A stretch of 64,000 nucleotides of DNA, from NCBI RefSeq assembly GCF_000372725.1, contig NW_005201102.1, forward strand, positions 1 through 64,000, in the 5' to 3' direction. The position numbers were made by a program, and so were the translations under genes. Shown in pieces: positions 13,394-24,644 of this stretch. The notes under the pieces are model-generated. The model did not search any database and was not told the origin of the DNA. It was given only the letters and a program-made list of their open reading frames with translations. Source of the DNA: Emiliania huxleyi CCMP1516 (taxonomy: Eukaryota). The first letter of the stretch is position 1. Every line of letters starts with the position of its first letter.

Positions 13394-13710
13394 GATGGCG
13401 TGGGCGACGCGGCTCAGTTCAACGGCCCAATCGGCGGCCGGAGGCAGTTTGGCGGTTGATGGTGCGAAAGGCGACGTCGTAGGGAGCGACGTTGTAGCCG
13501 CTGTCGTGGGAGGCGGCGTCGGCGATGGAGCCGACGGATCGCCGTCAGCCCCAACGGCAGCGCGCTGTTCGTGGCAGACTTCTGGAGCCACAAGATCCGG
13601 CGGGTGGAGGTGGCGACGGGCGCGGTGACGACTGTCGCGGGCAGCGGCGCCGAAGGCAGCTCTGATGGCGTGGGCGGCGCGGCGCAGCTCTCGCGCCCAG
13701 TTGGCATCGG
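13394..13710 (+). pseudogene. NHL-repeat gene fragment interrupted by a ~100-bp insertion
   Basis: DGVGDAAQFNGPIG[insertion]IAVSPNGSALFVADFWSHKIRRVEVATGAVTTVAGSGAEGSSDGVGGAAQLSRPVGI. Confidence 0.7.
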
Positions 13711-13824
13711 GCAACTCCGTGCACTGACGGTCGGCCGTCAGAAAACACGCCTCCGTGGCTCGGGTTACACCAATCCTCGCTACCCAAATTTCTTTTTCTA
13801 AAAGAAGCCTCCCCGCCCTCGCCA

Positions 13825-15186
13825 ATCACGCCGCCGCCCGCCCGCCTCCTCGACCTCCCCACGGAGCTTCTCGTGCGCGCCCTCTCTCGCTGCGACAGCC
13901 CCGCCGACATCGCTCGCGTCGCGGCCGTCTCGCTCCTCTTTCACGCCTCGCTTGCGGTGCAGGGCATCCGCTTGTGGGCGCAAGAGCGCGGCTTCGAGCT
14001 GCCGGCGCACCCAGAGGGCGAGTGCTGCGCCGTGCGGTGGCTGTGCTTCGCTGCGTTGCTTTGCGAGTCCAACCCGCTGGCGAGGCTGGCGGCGGGCGAT
14101 CTGCACAGCGTCTTCATCGACGGCGAGGGGTGGCTCTCGTCGTGTGGCTCAACGCCGTCCTGCGCTCCAGGACTGCTCGGCCACGGTGAGGGCGTGACGC
14201 GGCTCAACACGCCGACCCGCCTCCCTTACCCGCTGGGCGGCGAGCGTGCTGTGAGCGTGTCGGCTGGAGATGGTCACAGCCTAGCCCTCGCCGCCAACGG
14301 CAGCGTCTGGAGCTGGGGCGGTGGAGGTGCTGGCCAGCTGGGCCACGGCGACGAGCAAGAGCAGCTACTGCCCAAGAAGATCGAGGCCTTTGCTGGCCAG
14401 CGCGTCGTCGCTGTGTCGGCTGGAGAACATAGCCTCGCCGTAACCACTGACGGCGCCGTCTGGAGCTGGGGCGGTGCTGCCTATGGCCGGCTGGGCCACG
14501 GCGACGGGCAGGACCAGCTGCTGCCCAAGAAGGTCGAGGCGTTACCTGGGCAGCGTGTCGTCGCTGTGTCGGCTGGATACTTCCACAGCCTTGCCCTCGC
14601 CGTCGACGGCGGCGTCTGGAGCTGGGGCTGGGGATGCGAGGGCCGGCTGGGCCACGGCGACCAGCAGCTGCAGCTGCTGCCCAAGAAGGTCGAGGCGTTA
14701 GCTGGGCGGCGCGTCGTCGCCGTGTCTGCTGGCGAATGGCACAGCCTCGCCATCACCGCCGACGGCGCCGTCTGGAGCTGGGGCTATGGAGCCTTTGGCC
14801 GGCTGGGCCACGGCGACCAGCAGAACCAGTTGCTGCCCAAGAAGGTCGAGGCGTTGACTGGCCTGCGCGTCGTCGCTGTGTCGGCTGGAGGCGCCCACAG
14901 CCTCGCCATCACCGCCGACGGCGCTGTCTGGAGCTGGGGCGGTGCTACCTATGGCAAGCTGGGCCACGGCGACCAGCAGCAGCAGCTGCTGCCGAAGAAG
15001 ATCGAGGCCTTAGCTGACCAGCGCGTCGTCGCTGTGTCGGCTGGAGCCCGCCACAGCATCGCCATCACCGCCGACGGCGCCGTCTTCACCTGGGGCAAGG
15101 GCGAGGACGCCTGCCTAGGCCACGGAGAGGACCTTTCGAACCAGCTGCTGCCCAAGAAGGTCGAGATGTGGGCGCCGGGACGATGA
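13825..15186 (+). CDS. F-box + RCC1-repeat (UVR8/HERC-like beta-propeller) protein; no in-frame ATG
   Basis: LLDLPTELLVRALSRCDSPADIARVAAVSLLFH (F-box), followed by about six near-identical RCC1 repeats (VSAGxxHSLAxTADGAVWSWGxGxxGRLGHGD). Confidence 0.88.
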   Translation: MTPPPARLLDLPTELLVRALSRCDSPADIARVAAVSLLFHASLAVQGIRLWAQERGFELPAHPEGECCAVRWLCFAALLCESNPLARLAAGDLHSVFIDGEGWLSSCGSTPSCAPGLLGHGEGVTRLNTPTRLPYPLGGERAVSVSAGDGHSLALAANGSVWSWGGGGAGQLGHGDEQEQLLPKKIEAFAGQRVVAVSAGEHSLAVTTDGAVWSWGGAAYGRLGHGDGQDQLLPKKVEALPGQRVVAVSAGYFHSLALAVDGGVWSWGWGCEGRLGHGDQQLQLLPKKVEALAGRRVVAVSAGEWHSLAITADGAVWSWGYGAFGRLGHGDQQNQLLPKKVEALTGLRVVAVSAGGAHSLAITADGAVWSWGGATYGKLGHGDQQQQLLPKKIEALADQRVVAVSAGARHSIAITADGAVFTWGKGEDACLGHGEDLSNQLLPKKVEMWAPGR

Positions 15187-16088
15187 GCAGGCAAGGGGGG
15201 GCAAGAGCTACGCGAGGCAGGGGGCAGGCTATGGGGCCAACACAACACACTTGAAAGTTACAACACGTATTGAGGCCATCGTGGCGCCGCGTTCCCATTA
15301 GTTCCGAAATTCCCACATCTTGTGTGCAGCGGACAGCGTCCCGGCGCCGGTGCACGAAGCGTTCGCTCGTGTGCCGGCGCGCGCGCGAATTAGGGCTAGA
15401 GCCGTATGTGAGAGTCGATCTCTGTCTGTCCGTCGTTCTCTCTTCCAAAGAGTCGGAAAAAGAAATCGCAGTACCGGCTTCATTAGCATTGGATCGCGTG
15501 AGATGCTCGTGTCGTCACACAGCTTTGTCAGTTGTCAGGTAGAGGTACAGGTTTGTCCTTCACGGACCTCAATGCGGCGTTGAGCGACGGCGCCGCTGCA
15601 GTCGGTGGTGCCGACGTACGGAATACTCGCGACGGTCGTGTTGTTGTAAATCCACGGTTCGTCGCCCGAACCGTAAATCGTTACCTCATGGGGGCCAAAG
15701 GTGCACGTGCACACAGAAAAACCCAAGGTACAGGTGCATGTGCATGTTTTTTGGATGCAGACGACCGTTTGCGGTTTGGGGTCACTCACACCCGCACGAG
15801 GTAGGCGGCGCGCAGCGCCGCTCTCGCAGCACGCAGGCTGTTTTTGACTGTTTCTGCATTTTGTTTTTGTTTTCAGTCGAGCCGGGGCCCGACCCCCTCA
15901 GACTCTGTCAGAGGCGGGGCGGGCGGGCGCCCACTGACCCAGAGATCAAAAACGCTCAGCCCAGGGTAGTTGCTGCAAATTTGGGGAGTCGTTGAGTTGT
16001 TTGGACTTTTTAAGACCGCAGGGCGGGGACCTGTTCCTTTTTACCCATCTCCTAGTAGAGGTGTCCGTTTTATTTATTAGAGGCATCT

Positions 16089-17804
16089 TCAGTACACCGA
16101 GGGTTGTTTTTCCTCAGCGAAGTCTTCAGCTTTCAAGATCGTGAGATCGTCTCGCGTCGGGCCATCAATGGCTGCGATTCGAAGATCACGCTTCCGCATC
16201 GCAGCCTCGAGAATGCTACGCACATCGCGCGCATTACCTGGTAAAGGCACGCTGAGTTTTTCACTCAGCGCACGCCGCGCCGCACCATCATCCTTCTCAT
16301 CCAGCTTATTCTCATGCCAATCCATCATGTTTTTCGCTATCTTGAGGAGCTCGGGTGGTTTGTAGTCGGGGAAATCAATCCGGTTGTGAAGAGGGAAGCG
16401 CGAATCCAGGCCACTGTTCTCCCGAAGCAAATGCTTGATGTCCCGATTGTTGGGCTGCTCCCAGTAGCCGGCGAGGATGATAGCCAATTTCCCCCGGAGC
16501 TTATCAGCTAGCGCCACGAGCTGGGTGATTGCCTCCGTTGAGTAGTCTTCGCCGCCTTTCATTGGGAGGAGTGAATATGCCTCGTCCAACATGAGCGTAC
16601 CACCCTCCTGCACAGGCCGATAGTACTCCGATAGTACTTTTGTCTTGTTGACCAGGATGAAATGGGTAGAGCGCAGAGCAGTGATGTTGAATTTGTCCCA
16701 ATCAGCCGGTTCGAACTGAACTTGCGAGGCTTTTCTCCTTGCAAGTTCCTTTGCAAGATCAGGGCAGTCGAGCTGGTCCTCTTCTGGTTTGCCCGGCGGA
16801 GTTGGGCCGACATTCTCCCATTTGAGGCCTGTGCACATGGCAGACAAGAGTACCTCCTTTGTCTGATGCGCAGTGCTACCCAACGTGGTGCCGCATAGTG
16901 CTGATCGTGCATTTTCATGGATAGACAGCTTGGCAGTAGGAACAGCACCTATGCTGTGCAGAAGACGTGCGACGATCTCAGCGACGGTTGATTTGCCCGT
17001 ACCAGGATTCCCGATAAACAGCATGTGGTTCCCCACGGGTCTCCTCTCAATGCCGAGCAACTCTCGGCGCTCCGTCGCAATCGCAGTCTCGCATAGCATT
17101 CGGATTTGGCGCTTCACCGGCTCGACCCCCACGAGCTGACCTTCGAGCTCGGCCAACGCGTTGTCCCGTGCCACCATGAGCTTCTTGACAGTGGGAGGGT
17201 CATTAGCCAGAGAGCCGTCGATACGTTGTCTCTTTGCACTTGGCGCAGCTGCATGGGGGCTCTGGACGAGCCATGGCGTGTCAATTCTGGTCCCCCCAAC
17301 CACTTTGAGCTCGAGCTTGCCGCCCTCCACCCGCTGGCCTACAAGGTGCTTGAGGTCGTCCATGCTTCCAAGCGTCATATGGGGTATGTATCGACCCTTC
17401 TTCATGGTATCGGGGTCGCGCATACCCACTAAGACCGACCGCTCGAGTTGCGCTCGCAGCTCTTGCACAGCGTGGCACGACACGAGAGCTGTTAATTTGT
17501 GCTTTCCTAGCTGTCCGGTGCATGATTCATCATCGTTGAGTTTGAGGAACGAGGCCTGGCCCGGGCCGCGTCTTGCCGTGATAAATGCAGCCCTCGTCCT
17601 GAGGCGAGCGATGTCCTGTCCAGTGAAAAACGCTTCAAAGACCAGGCTCGACTGGCGTTTCAGGATTTCGTCCACTGCTTGCCAAGCGTGGCTCTCATCC
17701 ACGCCAGTGTACACGTCAATCGTCACGTGCCAAGGCGACGTCAGATTGGGAGGAGTGGAAGGAGGAGTAACAGAAGGATACCAGATGAGCGCGACTGTCG
17801 GCAT
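16089..17804 (-). CDS. 2H phosphoesterase domain fused to a CbbX/SpoVK-type AAA+ ATPase
   Basis: Two HxT motifs (PWHVTI, YIPHMTLG); LVGVEPVK; HMLFIGNPGTGKS (Walker A); GGTLMLDEAYSL (Walker B); IILAGY, NSGLDSRF, IDFPDY, GNARDVR. Intronless and lower in GC than its neighbours. Confidence 0.85.
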   Translation of the reverse strand: MPTVALIWYPSVTPPSTPPNLTSPWHVTIDVYTGVDESHAWQAVDEILKRQSSLVFEAFFTGQDIARLRTRAAFITARRGPGQASFLKLNDDESCTGQLGKHKLTALVSCHAVQELRAQLERSVLVGMRDPDTMKKGRYIPHMTLGSMDDLKHLVGQRVEGGKLELKVVGGTRIDTPWLVQSPHAAAPSAKRQRIDGSLANDPPTVKKLMVARDNALAELEGQLVGVEPVKRQIRMLCETAIATERRELLGIERRPVGNHMLFIGNPGTGKSTVAEIVARLLHSIGAVPTAKLSIHENARSALCGTTLGSTAHQTKEVLLSAMCTGLKWENVGPTPPGKPEEDQLDCPDLAKELARRKASQVQFEPADWDKFNITALRSTHFILVNKTKVLSEYYRPVQEGGTLMLDEAYSLLPMKGGEDYSTEAITQLVALADKLRGKLAIILAGYWEQPNNRDIKHLLRENSGLDSRFPLHNRIDFPDYKPPELLKIAKNMMDWHENKLDEKDDGAARRALSEKLSVPLPGNARDVRSILEAAMRKRDLRIAAIDGPTRDDLTILKAEDFAEEKQPSVY

Positions 17805-19834
17805 CTCTGCGAACGCGCAGGAAGGCGATGACAGCGACGACTTGTAATGTCCGCCTGCCGACGTCCTCCAAGCCTCCGAACTCCCGCACGAAAAAGAAGA
17901 CGTTGCTGGCACTTTTTCTTTTTTCGATCACTTTCATTTTCTTCTTTATCATAGCGCTCGATGAGCACGCACACGACATGTACGCCTTACCAGAACCACT
18001 TCCCCCACACACGCTCCCACTGCACGAGACGGCCTTCTGCAAAGCGCGACGACGAGGGGAAACCTGGTACGCGGGGCCAACCCTCGGAGAGTATTCTATG
18101 ATGTATCTTATTCCGGGGCCCGTGTGCGGGGAGCGAACCTTAGCGACCGCCCAGAAGCTTTCTGAGCGAACCAATCGGGCCAGGATCATCAGCATATGTC
18201 CCCTCCACAACATCGTGGGCGTTTGAGCGGTATTTGAGGAGCACCGCCACTCTGAAGTTCGGCCGGGTGGTCTGCAGACCCCCCCCCCCGGAGCAGCAGA
18301 GGCTCCGTGGGGTCGAAAAGTCGACGCTGGGAGTCGCAATCGTCAAACCGTCGCAACACCACGCGGTACGCACGTACCGCCCACATCCCCTCCACCGCTG
18401 AGCAGGCGCAGATCGACCGCCGGGCCGCGTAGCCGTTGTTAAGGAGCGGTTTTTGGAGCCGTACGAAGAGGTCCCAGACGGGCGAAGATGCGGTTTTTCG
18501 ACGACCACACGCGATTTGGTATCTGGTTTTTGCTAAAAACGGGCCGCCTAGTGCAGCATCACTAGTACAACACGCAACCACACTGATAGCTCCACACTAG
18601 CCAGTATAGGCGAGAACCGACGGCGTCACGGTCGCCGGAGTGGACGCACTGCACACACACTGTGACCGTGTCGACGGTGTGACAGTGAGCTGACACAATC
18701 GTCGGCGCCGCGCTATCGCGGCGCCCCGCAGTCTACATGCCTCAGACGCACCCCTGAACGCGCCATGGGCGCGCAGATACACCGCAGCGCCGAGGAGAAT
18801 CCACACCTGGCCGGTCCCGAGCCCCGTCCTGGGCCTCCAGGCGGCCGAAGATCGGCGTTCGGGCGGGATGAACTTGTCGGAAATGGAGCAAACTTGGCGC
18901 GGCTCGCCGCTCGCGGTACCGGGTGAGCCTGGATAGGGCAAAATCTGGGGTGAATACGAGGGACAGAGGTCGCAATTTTGTCGCGCAAGTTTGCGCGGCG
19001 TGGCGCTGCCCCGCTGCCGAGGGCGCACCAACCCGTGGCGGCGGCATTTCCAGCCCAAATTGGGCGTTCCGTGCGCCTTGCCGGCGAGAGTGGACGGGCT
19101 GTGCATCGTGGGGGGGGTGAGTGGGAGGGAGGTGGTCGTGTGCCTACTTTGTCGGCCGCGCGCGAGGAGAATTCTGGGTGTGAGGCGCGCAGGAGGCGAG
19201 GGTGGGCGCGCCGGCGGTCGAGCCGCCGAACAATTCGACGTGGCGCAGCTCCGTGCCGGCGGGGACGACCAAGCACATGATGTCGGCGGCGGTCGCGCGA
19301 CGAGCGAGAGCCGCAGGGGCCCTCTGAGAGCCAGGCGCCGAAAAGCAGCGTGAGCGGCGGCCGCGATCAGCCACCTGTGGGCGGCCACCGGGGTGACGGT
19401 CAAGCGCTGCCAGGGTTGGATCCGGTGCGTCTCGTATCACTGGTGGGCTGGGTATGCAGCAGCGGCGCTCAAAAAGAGGAAAAAAAAGCGACAACTGTTC
19501 TGACTGTCAGCTTTCTCGACGCACCGTGCTCGGCCTCGCTGAAAAGCTGGCTGGTGGTCGCGCGCAGCGCGTCGGCGCGGCTCCGACTGCGGACTGGTTG
19601 GGCACCTCGGCTGGGTCCATCGGCAAGAGGCCCGCGCCGTCGGCCAGCCCCGCGAGCGCATGGGCGGCCGGCGCTGAGCGGAGGACGGCGGGGAGATCTC
19701 GAAATCTTCGCACGAAAATCACAAGGCGCCGAGGGGGGGGTCCGAATAAGATACATCATAATTCTTTAGCTCCGAGTAGAGGGGGCGTTCCGCAGCTAGG
19801 GGGACCCACAGCGCGAGGGAAAAATTCCGCCGCT

Positions 19835-20259
19835 GGGGGAAACCCGGAGCGCAGAGCCAACCCTCGGAGACCCGTGTTATGGCCCTGCGACTGCGCACCC
19901 CCCCACGGTCGAGGAAGAGGGTGCGTTCTGCAGTTAAGGGGTAACCCGGTACACGGAACCATCCCTCGGAGACGTGTTATGGCCCTGCGACCGCGCACCC
20001 CCGGGGCTAGGGCTCTCTAGCCCGTAACCCGATGCCGAGCGGGTCCGGCCAACTGGGTGCGCTTCTCAGCTCCCCGGTCCTGGGCGTGAGGTTAATGACC
20101 GCACTCCAAGTGCTCCAAGTGTGCGCCCCCCTCACTTAGCTCTTAGGGGTCAGGGCTCTCTAGCCCGTAGCCCGATCCCAATCATCCGGCCCGCTGGGTG
20201 CGCTTCTTAGCTCCCCGGCCCTGGATGTGCGGGTAATGACTGCACTCCAAGTGCTCCAA
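19835..20259 (+). repeat. Tandem partial copies of the CTCCAAGTG-ending repeat
   Basis: 5' part at 19835-19903, near-full copy at 19938-20121, 3' part at 20143-20259. Confidence 0.85.
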
Positions 20260-20339
20260 ATATGCTAAAATCTCTCTCCCCCCCAGCCGTAGCTTTTGGC
20301 GCTTGGGCAACGATGTCACAAAGAAACCCGGGGACGCAA

Positions 20340-21429
20340 CTAGCGCTCGCTCTCGCTCTGCGGCGCCTCGCGCTCGGTGGCCCCTCCGCTCTCCTCCTCG
20401 CCGCGCCGCATGAAGCGCAGCCCCTCCTCGTCCACCCGGCTGAGCTGCCTAACGAGCGAAGCGGAGCGTGGTGAACGAGCCAGCGAGCAGGCAGCCCCTC
20501 CTCGCCCCCCGGGCTGGACCTCGCCCACCGCGGGCTGGGGTGCCGCGCGTTGATCTGCGCCTCGAGCCAGCTGTACTCGGGCCGCGACGGCAGCGCGCCC
20601 TCGTGCAGGATCGTGCCCTCCGACCCGTCATCGAGGAAGACGAACGCGCACCAGCCGACCCCGTGCTCGCCAACCTACTCCTCGCAGCTTCCGTTTGACG
20701 CGGGGCCGCTCTTGCTTCCTCGGCCGACCCCTTGCTCGCCCGCCAGCTTGACGTCCTCGCCGCGGCAGGCAAACTCCTCAAAGGCGAAGCTGCACTCGTA
20801 GCCCCTCTCAAAGACGACGGAACGCGCCTCGCCCCGCTGCCAGAGCGAAAAGTCCTCGAGCCGCTTGAACTGCGGGTTGAGCAGGCAGAGCAGGCGGTCC
20901 GCACCCGCCATCCCGTCCACCTCGCGCAGCCTGCCGAGCTGGTCACAGCCCGCAAAGAGGCAAACCGCGGCGTCCTCAGCTGGCGTGGCGCCCTGGCGAG
21001 GACAACGAAGCAAAGTCAACACTGCACCACACATCGGTCTCGCGCCCGCAGCCTGTCCGCTGCCTGCGCCAGGACGAGGCCGCACGCGTCCTCCGCGTCG
21101 AGCACCTGGTCGGTGATGAGCCGCTCGCTCGCGCCGGTGACGCCCTGGAGCAGCTCTCGGGCGAGGCCGAGAGCGATCGGGTACTGCTGCTTGAGGCCGC
21201 CCGGCCACGGATCGAGGTCCTCCGGCGCCGAGGTGCCCTGTATCGGCACGGCTCCGAAGACCTTGTACGAACGCTGGTCGTCGGGCACAACCAGCTTGAC
21301 GATCTGGCGCCTGACGCCGGCCTGTGACGCGCGCGTCACCGCCGCCGCCGCCCGCCGCACCATCTCGTCGGGAGAGCGCGGAATCGTCAGCACGGCGCCC
21401 AAAAACGGCACGCAGAGAGCGAAGAGCAT
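20340..21429 (-). CDS. DUF1995-family protein (probably plastid-targeted), multi-exon
   Basis: Signal-like MLFALCVPFLGA, IPRSPDEMVRRAAAAV, LDPWPGGLKQQY, LLCLLNPQF, FACRGEDVKL, SRPEY. Confidence 0.75.
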
Positions 21430-23086
21430 CAAAGACGCCGGTGTGGGTTTTTGTGTCACACACTGTCTGTGCTTGTGCGTCTTGGCCGGGGTCGGGCGAG
21501 TAGGGATCCGACGCACACGCACGCTCTCTCGAGCCTGGAGAGGGTACCTGGGTGGGCGGGGCCTCTACTCGCCAGGTCCGGGGTTGTGTTTTTCTGACAG
21601 AGATTTTAGAAAACCAACCAGAAATCACGACTCTCACAGTGTTTGGGCTCGGCAGCTTGTCAGCCCTCAGCCGAAGCTGGGGCCGGTCCCGTAGCCGACC
21701 GAGAGAGCCCGCGCCGTGAATTCGACGCCGTCGTGGGGGCCTGCGGAGAGGCCAGCGAGGTGGCGATCGCTGTACTTCATGGTCGTCATCAAGTGAGTGA
21801 CCGGCTGACAAGCCAGAGGTCGATACTCTGCTCTCTGGACGACCCATAGGTGATAGGATGCCACGAATGCCTGAAGGAGAGGGAGGCGAGGCCAGAGGCA
21901 GGCTCAGCTGCTCTCGGGTGATCCCGCTTTGGTGGCTGAAGGACCCGATGGTCCTGTCACACATTCGTGTTCCGAGTCGTGGGGGTAGAAGAATTCGAGG
22001 TAGAACGAGTCAGCACTTCCTTGTAGTACAGCGGACGCCAAACTCGCCGGCAGCATCCGCAGGGAGGCAGCATATGAGGCACCAGTTTTGTGGAGAGCTC
22101 GACAGCTGCAGGCAGCCGCGATGGCAGAGTCGGCCGCGGTTCGAGCGAGCAGCTTTTGGCTGCGGGATCGAATCGCGGAAGGCTCATGCCCTCGCGGAGC
22201 GACGCGGGTCGCGCGGCGCGCGCGTGTGCGAAATGCGACAAAAGACGAAAGACGACAGGCGCCTGAGCGCTGTACGCCTGAACTTTTGTCGCCGCAATCG
22301 CCACCGCCGCCATCTTGACGAGCAGCGCGAGCGCGCTCGTCGGCGGCCAGCCGTCGCGGGCCGGGCCGAGCCCGGCCTCGACCGGCCGCGCCGCCGCAGC
22401 AGGCCGGGAGGCCCACATGGCGGCCGACCAGCTGATAAGGAGTCTTCAGAAACTGTCGAAGGCGAGGTCGAACTACCAGCACCGCGGCAGCTCCGGTCTG
22501 ACTCTCTCTCCTCTCTCGACCCCATCTCTCTATCTATACGGAGGCGCCACTCACCTTCCTACATACATACATACGCCACTCTTGTTTCCGGGCGGGAACA
22601 TACTCGTCGGAGGCGTACGCGGTCCACTTCGAGACCATCGAGGACGTCTGTGCGATCATCTCGGCGGAGCGACGAGTTAGTAGGAGCGGAGACGCGTTGC
22701 TTCCGCCTGGTCGATCATCTTGGCGCCAACGCTGGCATTGTGGCAGCTAACGTTCGCCGGACGCGCTCCTTTGCGTCGTAGACGTAGTCCCGGGGCGAGA
22801 TTCCGAGGCGCTCGCACACCTTTTCAGTGGTGACGCCGTCTTTACAGCGGGAGACGATCGCCCGAATTCGCGGATGTTGACGACGGCTCCACCGGATCCG
22901 CCGTCTTGGTCGTAAGGCTCGAGCGCGGCTCGCTCAGAGCGTCTTGCTCGCAAGGCACGAGGGCTCGCTCAGAGACGCGTGCGCGTGACCGGGTCCTATT
23001 GTTGACCCCGACGCCGGCATCGGCAGCAACAGCAGGCGCAGCAGCGGCTGGGTCGTTGGAGTCCGCGGCAATGTCCATTCCTGAGT

Positions 23087-23300
23087 GGAGCACTTGGAGC
23101 ACTTGGAGTGCAGTCATTAGCCTCACATCCAGGGCCGGTGGGCTAAGAAGCACACCCAGCGAGCCAGATGATGGCATCGGGATCGGGTTACGGGCTAGAG
23201 AGCCCTACCTAGCCCTGGGTGGGGGGTGCGCGTTCGCAGGAAAAGGGCCGTAAAGTAAACACGGGTCTCCGAGGGTTAGTCCGCGCTTCGGGTTTCCCCT
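23087..23300 (-). repeat. CTCCAAGTG-ending repeat, reverse copy
   Basis: Reverse complement of the family consensus. It is followed on the minus strand by a frameshifted ORF-like relic (MDIAADSNDP...CERLGISPRDYVYDAKERV). Confidence 0.85.
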
Positions 23301-23721
23301 AGCGGCGGGGCGCCCCCTCTACTCGGAGGCAGCTAGCAGACACCAGACTCGTACCCACACGACTCGTACACTCTCACTCGACCTGGCCGCACCGGCCCCC
23401 CCCGGCCAGGACGCCTCATCCCCCCACCCCGCTCGGTCCTCTCTCCCGTTCGCTTTCCGCTGGTTCGGCGACGGGTGCGGAGCCCGCCTCCCCCTCTTCT
23501 GCTTCTTCGGCCGTGGCCCCGCCGCCGACTCGTCTTCTCCGCCTGATCCCGTTGACTCCGCGGGCGGCGATCCCGTGCCCAACTCCCCGGGCGAGGGCGG
23601 CGGCGTTGCCGTTGGGTCGTGTCGCCTCCCCTATTGGAGCGGTGTCGGATTTCTTATTTCCCGGAGGGGGGGGGATACTGACTGACTGGGTCGACGGCCG
23701 GCTGGGGGACCTACATGTACT

Positions 23722-23875
23722 TTTGGGTCAGAAAGAAAGAAAGAAAACAGACAACCCAAGGGAGGGATGGGAGGACGGCACGCCGCCACCACACAGGGAT
23801 TTTACTTTTGGGTAAAGAAAGAAAGAAAAAGGAAGAAAGAAAACAGACAACCCCAGGGAGGGATGGGAGGACGGG
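23722..23875. repeat. Local direct repeat (aagaaagaaaacagacaacc...gggagggatgggaggacgg x2)
   Basis: Seen directly. Confidence 0.8.
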
Positions 23876-24644
23876 GAAACAACGGGTTTTTTTTTATGAT
23901 TCGACGATTCTCGTCATCGGCGATGCGAGCGATTCCCTTTAAGCTTGCTCGAGAGCTGACCCTGATCGCGACCGTTGGTACATCACCGCCGGTTTCCTGA
24001 CCGACGCGCACGAGAACGGCGGAAAGAACGATGTGAGGCTCTTGGTGGGCGAGATGAGCGCGTTCCGGCAGATACATCGGCCGCAGCGAGGCTCGCTCGT
24101 AGTTGCAAGCTGTAGATCTGCCATCGACACCCCTACTCCTCATCAAGAGAAACACAGCCCTCCATCCGGCGACAACTTTGATCAACGGGGTTGACTTCTT
24201 GTCGCCAAGCACGGCGGCGGCGGCCACTCGCGCTTCATGTGAGCCTCGCCTGCCCTGCCGTCCCCCGCCCCCTTGCTGAGCCCTTCCCTTGACTCCTGCC
24301 TCACACACTCGAGCCTCGTTCGCTTCCAGGCGCTGCTCACCAAGGACCTCAACGTCTAGTCGTGTGGGTGGTGCCGGTCATGCCGCGCCGCCCACACGAC
24401 CACTCAGACTCCACACACGGATAGCTCATGACTAGCTGTGGCCGCGGGCGGGGCCGGGGGAACCTTTGTGGGTTGAAAAAACATTTATCGGAGCGGCCCT
24501 GATAATTTGCGTACAAGCCTGAACACCTCGCTCTGCTAATGAGCCGCAGCACCTTCGCGTCCACTGTCCCGCCTGTGTGGCTGTGTTGTGAAACTGTCCC
24601 CGATCCGCGAAGCGCGATCCCTCCGAGGCAGCTCAGTGGACATG

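Noticed and set aside
18560..19760. Unexplained non-coding 1.2 kb, possible transposon
   Set aside because: No convincing TIRs, ORF motifs or second copy were identified by eye.
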